Shown: positions 18,245 through 27,953, counted from the first letter of the stretch. The stretch: 37,041 bases of DNA from Promethearchaeia archaeon (GCA_029856155.1 JAHQWL010000053.1:1-37041); one strand, 5' to 3'. Numbers and translations are program-made. The notes: generated from the sequence alone by a model not told the origin.

Positions 18245-19351
18245 ATGGTGGAATTAATTATAACAGAAAATGAAAGTAAACCTGAAATCACTATTAGCAA
18301 TCAAATAAAAAAATTTGCTATAAACGGTCTTTATGGATTTAATACGATTATATTAATTGGTATGGGTAGACGTTTGGGCATTTTTAATTACTTATTTGAA
18401 AAAGCTAAATCATCACCTAGTTCTGGTAAATATAATGAAGTGATTTTCACTCCGATTGAACTGTCCGAAAACCTAAATTTAGATTTTACGTATTTAGATG
18501 GTTGGCTTCATTTGGCACTTGAATGTGGTATACTTGAAATCTCAAATTCAGAAAAGAAAATTTTGAAAACAGCTCCTTATGTATATGATTTACTTATCGA
18601 TAGAAGTAATGAGTTTTATATTGGGGGAACACTCGGTGCATTCTATTACATGGCTCCAGCTCAGGATATTTTAATAGAGAACTTTAAAACCGGTAACGTA
18701 TGGAGCATATTGGATTTACCCGGAGATATTATGAGAGACCTACAAGAACGTGGGGCAAGGTTTGGAACGTTAGTAGAAAGATTATTTTCTAAAAAGTTTG
18801 AGTTTTTTTGCAAAAATCTACAAAAGCGGAGTATTATATTTGAACTAGGCTGTGGTTATGGATTTAATCTTGAAACTTGGGCAAAAAAGTATAAAAAAGC
18901 TAGATTTGTAGGAATTGATATCGATCCTATAGCATTAGCACACGCAAAAAAATTAATAAATAAAAATAATTGGAATGAAAGAATTGAAATTTTTGAGATG
19001 GTAATTGATGAATTTGCCCGTTTCTTTAAGGAAAAATTTGATTTGATTATATTAAATCAGGTTCTCCACGAAATGAACACTGATGAGAATTACCGAAGAG
19101 ATGTATTTAAGAACCTCTATTCCTTGTTGAAGGATAATGGGATTTTACTTATTGGAGAGAGTATGATTCCTGATACATTTGCTCCAGAAAAGAGATTTCA
19201 ACTTTTTGATATTACACATAAGTTCACAGAAGTAAAAGCTTCCTTATTTTACAATGAAAAAAGCTTCAGAGAATTTATTGATATAACACCATTTTCTAAA
19301 GCAAATTTTATAAAAGAAGGTGGAGATAGTATCTGGGTAATAAAAAAATAA
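18245..19351 (+). CDS. SAM-dependent methyltransferase with N-terminal winged-helix/dimerisation domain
   Basis: GRRLGIF...YLDGWL N-domain; FELGCGYG, GIDID, FDLI...VLHE, LKDNG. Confidence 0.85.
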   Translation: MVELIITENESKPEITISNQIKKFAINGLYGFNTIILIGMGRRLGIFNYLFEKAKSSPSSGKYNEVIFTPIELSENLNLDFTYLDGWLHLALECGILEISNSEKKILKTAPYVYDLLIDRSNEFYIGGTLGAFYYMAPAQDILIENFKTGNVWSILDLPGDIMRDLQERGARFGTLVERLFSKKFEFFCKNLQKRSIIFELGCGYGFNLETWAKKYKKARFVGIDIDPIALAHAKKLINKNNWNERIEIFEMVIDEFARFFKEKFDLIILNQVLHEMNTDENYRRDVFKNLYSLLKDNGILLIGESMIPDTFAPEKRFQLFDITHKFTEVKASLFYNEKSFREFIDITPFSKANFIKEGGDSIWVIKK

Positions 19352-19400
19352 AAAAACCTATCATTTATTTAAAATTTGCCTTTTTAATTTGAGGGAAAGA

Positions 19401-19559
19401 ATGGAGTGAGATACCTCTTTATTGGAAAGGGCGAAATGTGAAGAAAAAGATCATAATTGGAAAAAAGTAGCTAATTTATATGAGCAAATATCAAAGATCT
19501 TTGTTGAAAAGAAAGAATTAATAAAAGCAGCAAAAGTACCAAATAATGTATTTTTTTAA
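19401..19559 (+). pseudogene. Decayed N-terminal fragment paralogous to the downstream TPR protein
   Basis: ME*DTSLLERAKCEEKDHNWKKVANLYEQISKIFVEKKELIKAAK aligns with PLIKEAKNEEKNYNWEKAADLYEQAAKTNLDRKKLKTAAN; in-frame TGA at 19407; own RBS (GAGGG). Confidence 0.75.
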
Positions 19560-19632
19560 GATAAATTTTAATAATACAAAAAAATAATTAATGAATTAGT
19601 GAAACCATTAGATTTTCAAAAAAATCTTTAGC

Positions 19633-22600
19633 ATGATTGTTTGGAATAACCAAGAAGAACCTTTAATTAAAGAGGCGAAAAATGAAGAAAAGAATTATAA
19701 TTGGGAGAAAGCTGCCGATTTATATGAACAAGCAGCTAAAACAAATTTAGATCGGAAAAAGTTAAAAACTGCTGCGAATATTTATATTAAACTAGGGGAT
19801 ATATGCATTCGAGCCATTTATGCATCAGAAATTAGAGAAGACTATTTAAATTGGAGTAAAAGGTCTTTTAAAGCTTTTCGAAAGGCGGAAAGTCTTTTTA
19901 TCAAAACTAATGATAAACTTCTGAGTGATGAATGTAATGCTAGAGCACTTGGCGTAACAGGCTTTGTTATTACGTCACTTGAAGAGGCGAGAAAAAATAT
20001 AAAAAAATCAGTTGATATTCTTTTAGAACTTATTGAAGAATATTCAAAAGCAAATGATACTAAAAATTACATAAGATTGTTAACTCTGATCGTAGACCCA
20101 ATGAATAGATACGTGTTTTTATGTTCTAATCCTTCTGAAATAGAGTATTATAGTCAGCTTGGTCGTAATTTAATAGAAAAGGCTTGGATACTTCTAAAAG
20201 AAATTGATACAATCGAAATTAGAAGTAGGCTATTATGGGCCGAATTTTTATTAATGTTAAATATTAATAGGTGGACAGAACTTACTTATGGAGATAAAAA
20301 GCAAGAAAAAATCTATAAAAGATTTTTAAAACGATGTGAAGAATCATTAAATTTAGCGCAAACTAGTAATGATGAGATTAATCATTATATTCTTGGAGAG
20401 ATTTATGGTATAACTGGCTTTATCTATTGTATATTTGGAGGTTTACTTGTTGAAGAAAAAAAGGAACGAGTAAAGTTTGCTGAAAAAGGATTCGAGTTGT
20501 TAGAAAAATCTATTGTATTTTATAAAAATTCAAGAAATATTCTTGGAGTTATCTCTTCTATATATGGGATAAACTATCAAGCTGGTATTTTTGGTAGATT
20601 TGAATACCTACAGAAGAGAATTCTAAACGATATGCGTGAAGTACAGAAATTAGATAAAATTTTTGAAAATTTATATACGGGGCCTTATTGCTTTATGGAT
20701 TTTATACCTATTGATTATTATAACCAATTCGCAAGCAGAAGTTTTTTAAGGGGTGATATACGGAAGTCTTATGCTAAATTAGGAATTGAATATGCTAATA
20801 AAGCATTAAAAAGACTTGCATTTGGACCTTATATTACTTTTGTTTATCAGTATATAACTCATTTTTATTCACAATTAGTTATTCTTGCTACAGAAGATGA
20901 TCCTTTAGAGGACTATCTTCAAAAAATGTTCTTCTACGCCAACAAAACTGAAAATCTCTCAAAAGAATATAAAGGAGGAAATGCAAGATCAGCGGGTTTC
21001 ACTTCGCTTTATAGAGCATATAAGACTCTTGCTGATATTTCTAAAGATAAGGAAGAAAAAGTTAAAAATTTAGAACTTGCTATAGAAGCTGCAAAGAATA
21101 ATATTAGATATTCAATTGAATCTTATAGGATTTATTTATCAATTCAAATACGTTTAGCTCTACTTCATGAAGAATTAGGTATTTTAACTACTGAAGAGAA
21201 ATCCCTAATACAAGCAAGAGAGTTATTTCTACGTATACTTATTGATTCTTCAGAAAAAGGTTATTATTATTATACAGCTGCTTGTCATGAATACATTGCT
21301 CGTTTAGAAGATCGTTTAGGAAATCATATAACTTCTGCAGAATATTATCAAAAAGCACAAAAAGCTCATGAAGATTCATTATCATCAATTGAATATAAAC
21401 CGCTGAAGGAAAGAATTAATGAAAAGATAAAATATACTAAAGCTTGGAATTTTATTGAAGAGGCTAAAGCATATCATAAAAGTGAAAATCATATAAAAGC
21501 CAAAGAAAACTATGAAGAGGCAATTGAGATCTTAAAAACGCTACCTAGTTTTAATTATGAAGCAGCTTATTATGGAGCTTGGATGGTTTTAGAAGAAGCT
21601 GAAGATCTTAGTAAAAAGGAAAAATATGATGATGCCATAATGAGCTATGAAAAAACAAGAGATCTTTTCGATAATGCTATCTTTACAATTAGATTTATTA
21701 GGAAAAGTGTTAGAAGGTCAAAAGAATTAAAAAAACTTGAGAAAGTTGCTAAAGTTAGGATGAATCATTGTTCTGCTAGAATAAATCTTGATGAGGCAAG
21801 AATTTTAGGAAAAAAAGGAGATCATATTGCCGCTGCCGAAAAGTTTAGCAATGCAGCAACTCAATTCAGGGATATCTGTGCATTATATAAAATTAAAAGA
21901 GAACGAGCTGAATTAGAAGCAATATATCATCTCTGTAGAGCCTGGGAAAGCATGGAATTAGCTGAAAACTACGAGGATCCGGAAAGATTCGCAGAAGCAG
22001 CAAACTTATTTACAAAAGCTAGCGACTACTTTACTGAGAGCAAATTAAAGTTCCTAGCTCAGGGTAATTCATCCTTTTGTTTAGCTCTAGAAGAGGGATG
22101 TAAATTTGATCAATCTAATGATTTTAAAGTTAAAACACGATTGTATCCAAATGTTAAATCAATTCTCAGAAAAGCAGCAAATTTATATGAAAAAGGTGGT
22201 TTTAAAAATGGTTCAGATTGGGCACTTGCAACATCAACTTATTTCGATGCTGCTTGGTATTTAATCCAAGCCGATAATGAATTAGATGTAAATAAAAAGC
22301 AAGAATTTCTAAATTACGGATCAAATTATCTAAAGTTATCAGCAGAACTTTTTCATAAAGCTGGATATAAAGACAAAGAAAAAGAAGTTTTAGAAAGATT
22401 AGATAGAATAATCAAAGAAGAAAAAATACTCGTTTCCGCCCTAAACACAATTCATAAACCCTCTGTTTCAAGAAGTATAGAAGGTATTATTACGCCTTCA
22501 TGTCCAATAGAAACAAGCCAATCACCACGGATTGGTGAAATTCAACAATACTCTGAAGAAGTAAGTACATTCTTAGAAAGGGATAGTAAAGTAAAAAAAG

Positions 22601-22881
22601 ATGAAATTGAATACAGCAATTTATTAAAAGAGCATCCAAAATCAGCAAAAAATAGGAAAATACCAGAATTAACAACTAGAGAAAAGAAAGAGTTAGAAAA
22701 ACTTGAATCTGAGCTTAAAATTGAACAACAAAAATTCATCTGTGTCGTCCATAAAGGAGAAATTGTAGGGACTGTATACATTTGTCCGAATTGCAAAACA
22801 CAATATTGCTTGACATGTGCTTACTCATTAAAAGCAAAAGGAGAAAAGTGTTGGATTTGTAACGAAGAAATAAAACCTTAG
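19633..22881 (+). CDS. Large TPR/SNAP-like alpha-solenoid protein with C-terminal RING-like Zn finger
   Basis: Repeated EA...AA..YE.A helical hairpins; C-terminal C-x2-H-x10-C-x2-C-x4-C-x2-C-x10-C-x2-C (22741-22860). Confidence 0.8.
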   Translation: MIVWNNQEEPLIKEAKNEEKNYNWEKAADLYEQAAKTNLDRKKLKTAANIYIKLGDICIRAIYASEIREDYLNWSKRSFKAFRKAESLFIKTNDKLLSDECNARALGVTGFVITSLEEARKNIKKSVDILLELIEEYSKANDTKNYIRLLTLIVDPMNRYVFLCSNPSEIEYYSQLGRNLIEKAWILLKEIDTIEIRSRLLWAEFLLMLNINRWTELTYGDKKQEKIYKRFLKRCEESLNLAQTSNDEINHYILGEIYGITGFIYCIFGGLLVEEKKERVKFAEKGFELLEKSIVFYKNSRNILGVISSIYGINYQAGIFGRFEYLQKRILNDMREVQKLDKIFENLYTGPYCFMDFIPIDYYNQFASRSFLRGDIRKSYAKLGIEYANKALKRLAFGPYITFVYQYITHFYSQLVILATEDDPLEDYLQKMFFYANKTENLSKEYKGGNARSAGFTSLYRAYKTLADISKDKEEKVKNLELAIEAAKNNIRYSIESYRIYLSIQIRLALLHEELGILTTEEKSLIQARELFLRILIDSSEKGYYYYTAACHEYIARLEDRLGNHITSAEYYQKAQKAHEDSLSSIEYKPLKERINEKIKYTKAWNFIEEAKAYHKSENHIKAKENYEEAIEILKTLPSFNYEAAYYGAWMVLEEAEDLSKKEKYDDAIMSYEKTRDLFDNAIFTIRFIRKSVRRSKELKKLEKVAKVRMNHCSARINLDEARILGKKGDHIAAAEKFSNAATQFRDICALYKIKRERAELEAIYHLCRAWESMELAENYEDPERFAEAANLFTKASDYFTESKLKFLAQGNSSFCLALEEGCKFDQSNDFKVKTRLYPNVKSILRKAANLYEKGGFKNGSDWALATSTYFDAAWYLIQADNELDVNKKQEFLNYGSNYLKLSAELFHKAGYKDKEKEVLERLDRIIKEEKILVSALNTIHKPSVSRSIEGIITPSCPIETSQSPRIGEIQQYSEEVSTFLERDSKVKKDEIEYSNLLKEHPKSAKNRKIPELTTREKKELEKLESELKIEQQKFICVVHKGEIVGTVYICPNCKTQYCLTCAYSLKAKGEKCWICNEEIKP

Positions 22882-23033
22882 ATTTGGTATAAGTAAATCA
22901 AATAAATGCGCAAAAAACGTTAAATTATGATTTATTGAATCAATATAAAATTATAATTTTCTCTCTAAAGTTTTATATCATTTTAAGGATAATTAAAAAT
23001 AACTTTAAAGCAAAATTTTAAGGTTATATTTTC

Positions 23034-23849
23034 ATGAGTAAGGGATTTAAACTTCTTCGAGTTGAATATATATTTTCTGTAATAATACCATGTCTATTAT
23101 GTATATATTTGAATAGTTATGATATAGTTTCTCAAATCTGGATATTAGCAGGTTTTTCTTTTTATGCTATTACAGGAAACACTCTTAATGATGTCATTGA
23201 TATGAAAGATCCTAATGAAAAAGAGACTTTAGAAAGAGTGAAGGGATATGCTAGAAAAGAAATACTTGTTCTTGCTCTCGCAAGTTTTTTGTTAGGAACC
23301 ATGTGTTTTATAAATGATATTTATGAGCATCCTATTCTCGGGATCTATTTAGCACTTATTGTTTTTATGGTTGTCTTTTATTGTCTATTCAAAAAGCTCG
23401 TTATTATTAATCATATTATTTTAGGTATATCTCATATTATTTTGCCTTATTTTATGATTAAAATTAATGCTGGAGATGTTTTTTTGAATGTTTTTCCCAA
23501 AATGGAGTTATATGAATCATTAATACTAGCAGCTATAACAGCCGTAGCTTTTACCGGGCAAATGGTTCATGAAATGATAGATGGAGATTCATTAGCCAAA
23601 TTAAAGCCAAAAACTTCTCAATTGGTAATTTGGGTTGCTTGTATTATATCATTAGGTATAGCAGTAATTTCATTTATCATCACAAATTACTATATTTTCT
23701 TACCAATTGTATTTTTTCCATTTGGAATTATGTATATTTATAGAAAACCTAGAACCGATTTATTAGGAAGAACGTCACTAAAAGACACTGGAATCATTTT
23801 AGGAAATCTTATGTTAGTGTATATCATTATTTTAATATTGGCTCCATAG
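23034..23849 (+). CDS. UbiA superfamily prenyltransferase
   Basis: NTLNDVIDMKD Asp-rich motif I, degenerate motif II HEMIDGD, about 8-9 TM helices. Confidence 0.75.
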   Translation: MSKGFKLLRVEYIFSVIIPCLLCIYLNSYDIVSQIWILAGFSFYAITGNTLNDVIDMKDPNEKETLERVKGYARKEILVLALASFLLGTMCFINDIYEHPILGIYLALIVFMVVFYCLFKKLVIINHIILGISHIILPYFMIKINAGDVFLNVFPKMELYESLILAAITAVAFTGQMVHEMIDGDSLAKLKPKTSQLVIWVACIISLGIAVISFIITNYYIFLPIVFFPFGIMYIYRKPRTDLLGRTSLKDTGIILGNLMLVYIIILILAP

Positions 23850-23921
23850 CAAAAATAAGTATTATATTAATATCTACTAATATTAGTTAAATTGATTTAA
23901 GTATTTTAAAGGGGATTAAAA

Positions 23922-25193
23922 ATATCTAAAATAAGACCAGTAAATAAAGAATTTTTTTCTAACTTTGATGAGAAAGCATGCACTCGCTGTGGTGAATGCT
24001 TTCATAAATGTCCAGTCATGCTACTTCCTAAAGATACAGCAATTGATGAGATTAAAAAATTAATTATGGGAGAGAAGACTAAACACGTATTAAGTGAATG
24101 TCAGAGCTGTTTTTCATGTAATTTTTATTGTCCAGAGAATGCCCATCCCGCAGGTCTTGTTTTACAGCGATGGAATGAGCAATACCAAAAAGAAGGACTG
24201 AAAGTGAGAGCAAAACATTATATGACCCTTTATCCATATTATCCTAACTTCCGCTCCTATGTTATGGAACATTTACCAGAAAAAACAAAGGATCTTGTTA
24301 AAAATTGGGCTTCTTTAGAACCTTTAAAGGGAGATACACTGACCTATCCTGGTTGTAATATCATAACATTTGCTGAACTCACACAAGCTAGTTTTTTTAA
24401 GGATTTAGATATAAGAGGTCGTTTAGAATATTGTTGTGGTGAAACTTTATTTCGAACAGGATACACAGAGGAACTTTATCAGATTACTAAAAGATTAGAC
24501 AAGTGGTTTAACATTTTAAAACCAAAAAAGTTGCTTGTATTATGCACAGCAGGGACTAATGTGTTTAAGTATGTCTTGCCTCGTTACGGTTTAACGTACA
24601 AATTTGAAGAGATTAAACCATATATTCAATATTTATGGGAAAAAATTCAAAAAGGAGAAATTCAATTTAAAAAAAAATTAGAGATGACTATATCTATTCA
24701 AGATTCTTGTTATGCTAAGATGTTTGGGGATGAATACATGGATTTGCCTCGTAAAATTTTGAAATTAGCTGGGGCAACAATTATTGAAACTGATTCTTCT
24801 CGAGAGAATATTCGTTGTTGTGGTATTGGAGCGGGTTTTTCAGTTGACTCATCGTATCATTCATTTAAAATAAGATCTTCTGCAATAAGGAATTTTAAAG
24901 CTTTTAAAAATACTAAAGTAGATGCTGTATGCGTTTATTGTGCTGGCTGTTTAGCAACATTTGGAGGTAATAAAAAATTATATTTTAAGAAACTAAAAGT
25001 GTATCATATTATTGAATTAATACAGATGGCAATTGGAGATAAACCAACATTAACAAAGAAAGCTAAAAAAGACAGAGGAAAACATTTTTTCTGGGGTGCT
25101 GTTAAAAATCAAATTCCTAAGCTATATTCTAAAAAAACTTTTAAAATTGAAAAGATTCCTGAAAATCCACCTGATTATAAAGAGGCTTGGTAA
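23922..25193 (+). CDS. Fe-S oxidoreductase, HdrD/GlpC-like (2[4Fe-4S] + CCG domains), paralog 1; probable ATA start
   Basis: The frame is open upstream of ATG 24018 and encodes CTRCGECFHKCP; then CQSCFSCNFYCP, YPGC...CCG, DSC...CCG...CAGC. Confidence 0.82.
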   Translation: MSKIRPVNKEFFSNFDEKACTRCGECFHKCPVMLLPKDTAIDEIKKLIMGEKTKHVLSECQSCFSCNFYCPENAHPAGLVLQRWNEQYQKEGLKVRAKHYMTLYPYYPNFRSYVMEHLPEKTKDLVKNWASLEPLKGDTLTYPGCNIITFAELTQASFFKDLDIRGRLEYCCGETLFRTGYTEELYQITKRLDKWFNILKPKKLLVLCTAGTNVFKYVLPRYGLTYKFEEIKPYIQYLWEKIQKGEIQFKKKLEMTISIQDSCYAKMFGDEYMDLPRKILKLAGATIIETDSSRENIRCCGIGAGFSVDSSYHSFKIRSSAIRNFKAFKNTKVDAVCVYCAGCLATFGGNKKLYFKKLKVYHIIELIQMAIGDKPTLTKKAKKDRGKHFFWGAVKNQIPKLYSKKTFKIEKIPENPPDYKEAW

Positions 25194-25195
25194 AA

Positions 25196-26557
25196 GTGAG
25201 TAAAATTAAGAGAATATCAGGTTTTAGAGAAGATCTATGTAATTTGTGTGGTGAATGTCTACATTTATGTCCTGTGTTAAAACTACCTATTGAAGAGGCA
25301 AAGGAAGAGATTAAGAACTTAATTGAAGGAAAGGAATCCAAATATGCCTTAACTAAATGTAATACGTGTTTTTCTTGTAATTTGTATTGTCCTCAAAATG
25401 CAAATCCATATAATTTGATACTTGAGAGATGGAATGACCTTTACAAAAAAAGAGCAGCTCCGTCATTATATCGTTTTGTGTGTCCTACTGAACAAAATAA
25501 TATTTGGCAACTACTAAATATTTTTTTATCAAATCAGGAAAGAAGATGGATTTATAAATGGTTTAATTATATCCCAAAACCTAATGATACCCCATTATTG
25601 ATTGGAAACTATACCCATTTATTTCCATTTATAATAGGTGGAAGTAAATTATTAGATTATTTTAAACCTATTGACAGAATTGATCAATGGGAAGGTGGAG
25701 CATATTTATACCAAGGTGGATACTTAGATGTTGTACAAAGGATCGCTCAGAGAACAAAAAATGATTTTGACAATTGGGGTGTTAAGAAAATTGTTGCTTG
25801 TTTAGATGCGGTCGAATATATATTTAAGGATGTTCATCCTAAAGAGATGGGAGTAGTTCATACTCAAGAATTTGTAAATTTTAACCAATGGTTATTAGAT
25901 AATATTAATTCTGGTGAAATTCAATTAAAAAATCCGCTAAATTTGAAAGTAACAGTTCATGATAATTGTTATTCTAAAACTTTAGGTGGTACTTATTGGG
26001 AGGTTCCTCGAGCAATATTAAATAAATGTGGATGTCATATTAATGAAATGAAACATAATAGAAAAGATTCACTTTGTTGCGGATTCGGCGCAGGATCTTC
26101 TTGGGTAAAAAATATTTCAATCCCATTTGATATTATTTCGGAAGGTTTCAAAAAATTCAAAGAAGCAGAAGACACAGGCGCAAAAGCTTTAATATCCTAC
26201 TGTGGGGGCTGTATTTATTTATTATGGGCGATTAAAGAGCTGAAACGAAGTAAAATAGATATATTCCATGTTATTGAAATTGTAAGAATAGCTATGGGAG
26301 AAAAACTGAATTATCCGCAGGATCACATTAAACGAGCATGGGATATTATAGCAATTATATCTTATTCCCTACTACTTTCTGTTCTTAAAAAGAATTTTTT
26401 CATAAAAGAGTTAACATATGATAAAAATTTCAGTACTTTCCTACCAAAAAGATACACTCTTTTAAAAATAATGAGAACTTTATTTAATATCTCATTTGTA
26501 AGAAAGGGTTATGCTTTACTTTTTCGTTTGTTAATGCCAATTTTAAGAACTAGATAA
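25196..26557 (+). CDS. Fe-S oxidoreductase, HdrD/GlpC-like, paralog 2
   Basis: CNLCGECLHLCP, CNTCFSCNLYCP, HDNC...CCG...CGGC; first CCG domain degenerate; start GTG 25196 (or TTG 25187). Confidence 0.85.
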   Translation: MSKIKRISGFREDLCNLCGECLHLCPVLKLPIEEAKEEIKNLIEGKESKYALTKCNTCFSCNLYCPQNANPYNLILERWNDLYKKRAAPSLYRFVCPTEQNNIWQLLNIFLSNQERRWIYKWFNYIPKPNDTPLLIGNYTHLFPFIIGGSKLLDYFKPIDRIDQWEGGAYLYQGGYLDVVQRIAQRTKNDFDNWGVKKIVACLDAVEYIFKDVHPKEMGVVHTQEFVNFNQWLLDNINSGEIQLKNPLNLKVTVHDNCYSKTLGGTYWEVPRAILNKCGCHINEMKHNRKDSLCCGFGAGSSWVKNISIPFDIISEGFKKFKEAEDTGAKALISYCGGCIYLLWAIKELKRSKIDIFHVIEIVRIAMGEKLNYPQDHIKRAWDIIAIISYSLLLSVLKKNFFIKELTYDKNFSTFLPKRYTLLKIMRTLFNISFVRKGYALLFRLLMPILRTR

Positions 26558-26699
26558 ATTCAAATATGTCTTATTGAAAATTAAGGTTTTATTAAAATTC
26601 ATTATAGAGTGACTTTTTAAATATCTTTAAAAAATATTAAATAATTACCTCATATTCGAAAGACAATTATCGATTAAGATATCCAAATCAACATATTAA

Positions 26700-27953
26700 T
26701 TGTATTTGGAGGAGTTACTCATATCTAATACAGATTCTCAAAATTCAATAGATTATATTCAACAAAAAGATGAATTTGATTATTTGAAGAGTTTAATTGA
26801 GTCTGTTGATAAGGGAAAATGTGTTGGTATATTATTACACGGGCCTCCTGGTACAGGTAAGACATTATTAGCTATTTCGCTGGCACAAAATTTTAATTCT
26901 TCTTACTATATAATTGATGGATCTCCTGATCTTGATAGAAGAGATATTGAAGGTAATTGGGAACTTATTAAAGGAGCGACCAAATTTAACTATGGTCCAT
27001 TGACTTTAGCAATTAAAGATGCGAATAAACATGGAATTTCCTTTGTTATCATTAATGAAATAAATGCTATCAGAGAGAATGAACAAATATCTTTAAACTC
27101 CTTATTATCTGAATACCACATTAATTTGATCTCCAAAGGGTTTGAGAAACATGAACTTACTTCTAAAAGTAAGTTAATAATAATAGGAACCATGAATAAG
27201 GGAGTTGCCGGAATAAACAAACTTCAAGAAGCGTTTGAAGACCGATTCATAATAAGCCCGGAAATAAATTACCCCTTAAAAAATAAGGAAATTGATATCG
27301 CTACTAAAATGTCGGGTTGTAAAGAAAAAATCGCTGAGATTGTTGTAGATGCAGCGCGACAAATAAGAAAACAAGCCATACAGGACTTCTCAATTACAAA
27401 AATCTTCTCAACTCGTTTAATTGTTAATTTTTGTATGTTAATTTCCAAAATGCCTCCCAAATTTTTAAAAAATAATATTGAAAATGTAATTTTAAACAAA
27501 CTTGGAAATACTCCTGAAGAAAAAAAGTCAATCGCAATGATACTAGATGGTAAAATGTTTGAAAGCAAATTAAAAGAAGAACTAATTAATAAAGCAGGTG
27601 TTACATTAGTATGGGAGGAAGCTATTGATAATTTCTCAGTAGATCAGATTATTTTAAAAACCAAATCGTGTTTTGAGAAATATATTAAGACTTGGGGAAA
27701 AGGAAATACAATTAAAAAAAATGGAAATATAATGTGGAAACCATTACAATGGATGTGGAATAGACACAGATTGATTTTGCAGGAATATATCAAGCTAACA
27801 GAATTATTAAGATTACCCGTAATCTATAAACAAGAAACAGGAAAGGACCATATCTACAATGAAGTTTTAACATTAAATTACATTCGGTGGCTTTATCAAC
27901 AGAAAATAGAAGAATTAACAAATTTTATGGCAAAAATATTTCCAGTAATATAG
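26700..27953 (+). CDS. MoxR-type AAA+ ATPase (CbbQ/NorQ-like) with C-terminal extension
   Basis: Walker A GPPGTGKT, GPL, Walker B IINEIN, GTMN, AFEDRF, YP, STR lid. The start could be ATA 26721 after GGAGGAG. Confidence 0.85.
   Translation: MYLEELLISNTDSQNSIDYIQQKDEFDYLKSLIESVDKGKCVGILLHGPPGTGKTLLAISLAQNFNSSYYIIDGSPDLDRRDIEGNWELIKGATKFNYGPLTLAIKDANKHGISFVIINEINAIRENEQISLNSLLSEYHINLISKGFEKHELTSKSKLIIIGTMNKGVAGINKLQEAFEDRFIISPEINYPLKNKEIDIATKMSGCKEKIAEIVVDAARQIRKQAIQDFSITKIFSTRLIVNFCMLISKMPPKFLKNNIENVILNKLGNTPEEKKSIAMILDGKMFESKLKEELINKAGVTLVWEEAIDNFSVDQIILKTKSCFEKYIKTWGKGNTIKKNGNIMWKPLQWMWNRHRLILQEYIKLTELLRLPVIYKQETGKDHIYNEVLTLNYIRWLYQQKIEELTNFMAKIFPVI

Noticed and set aside
19407-19409. In-frame TGA as possible selenocysteine or readthrough
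   Set aside because: It does not align to a Cys or redox motif, the fragment stops after 52 codons anyway, and no SECIS-like element was recognised; decay is simpler.
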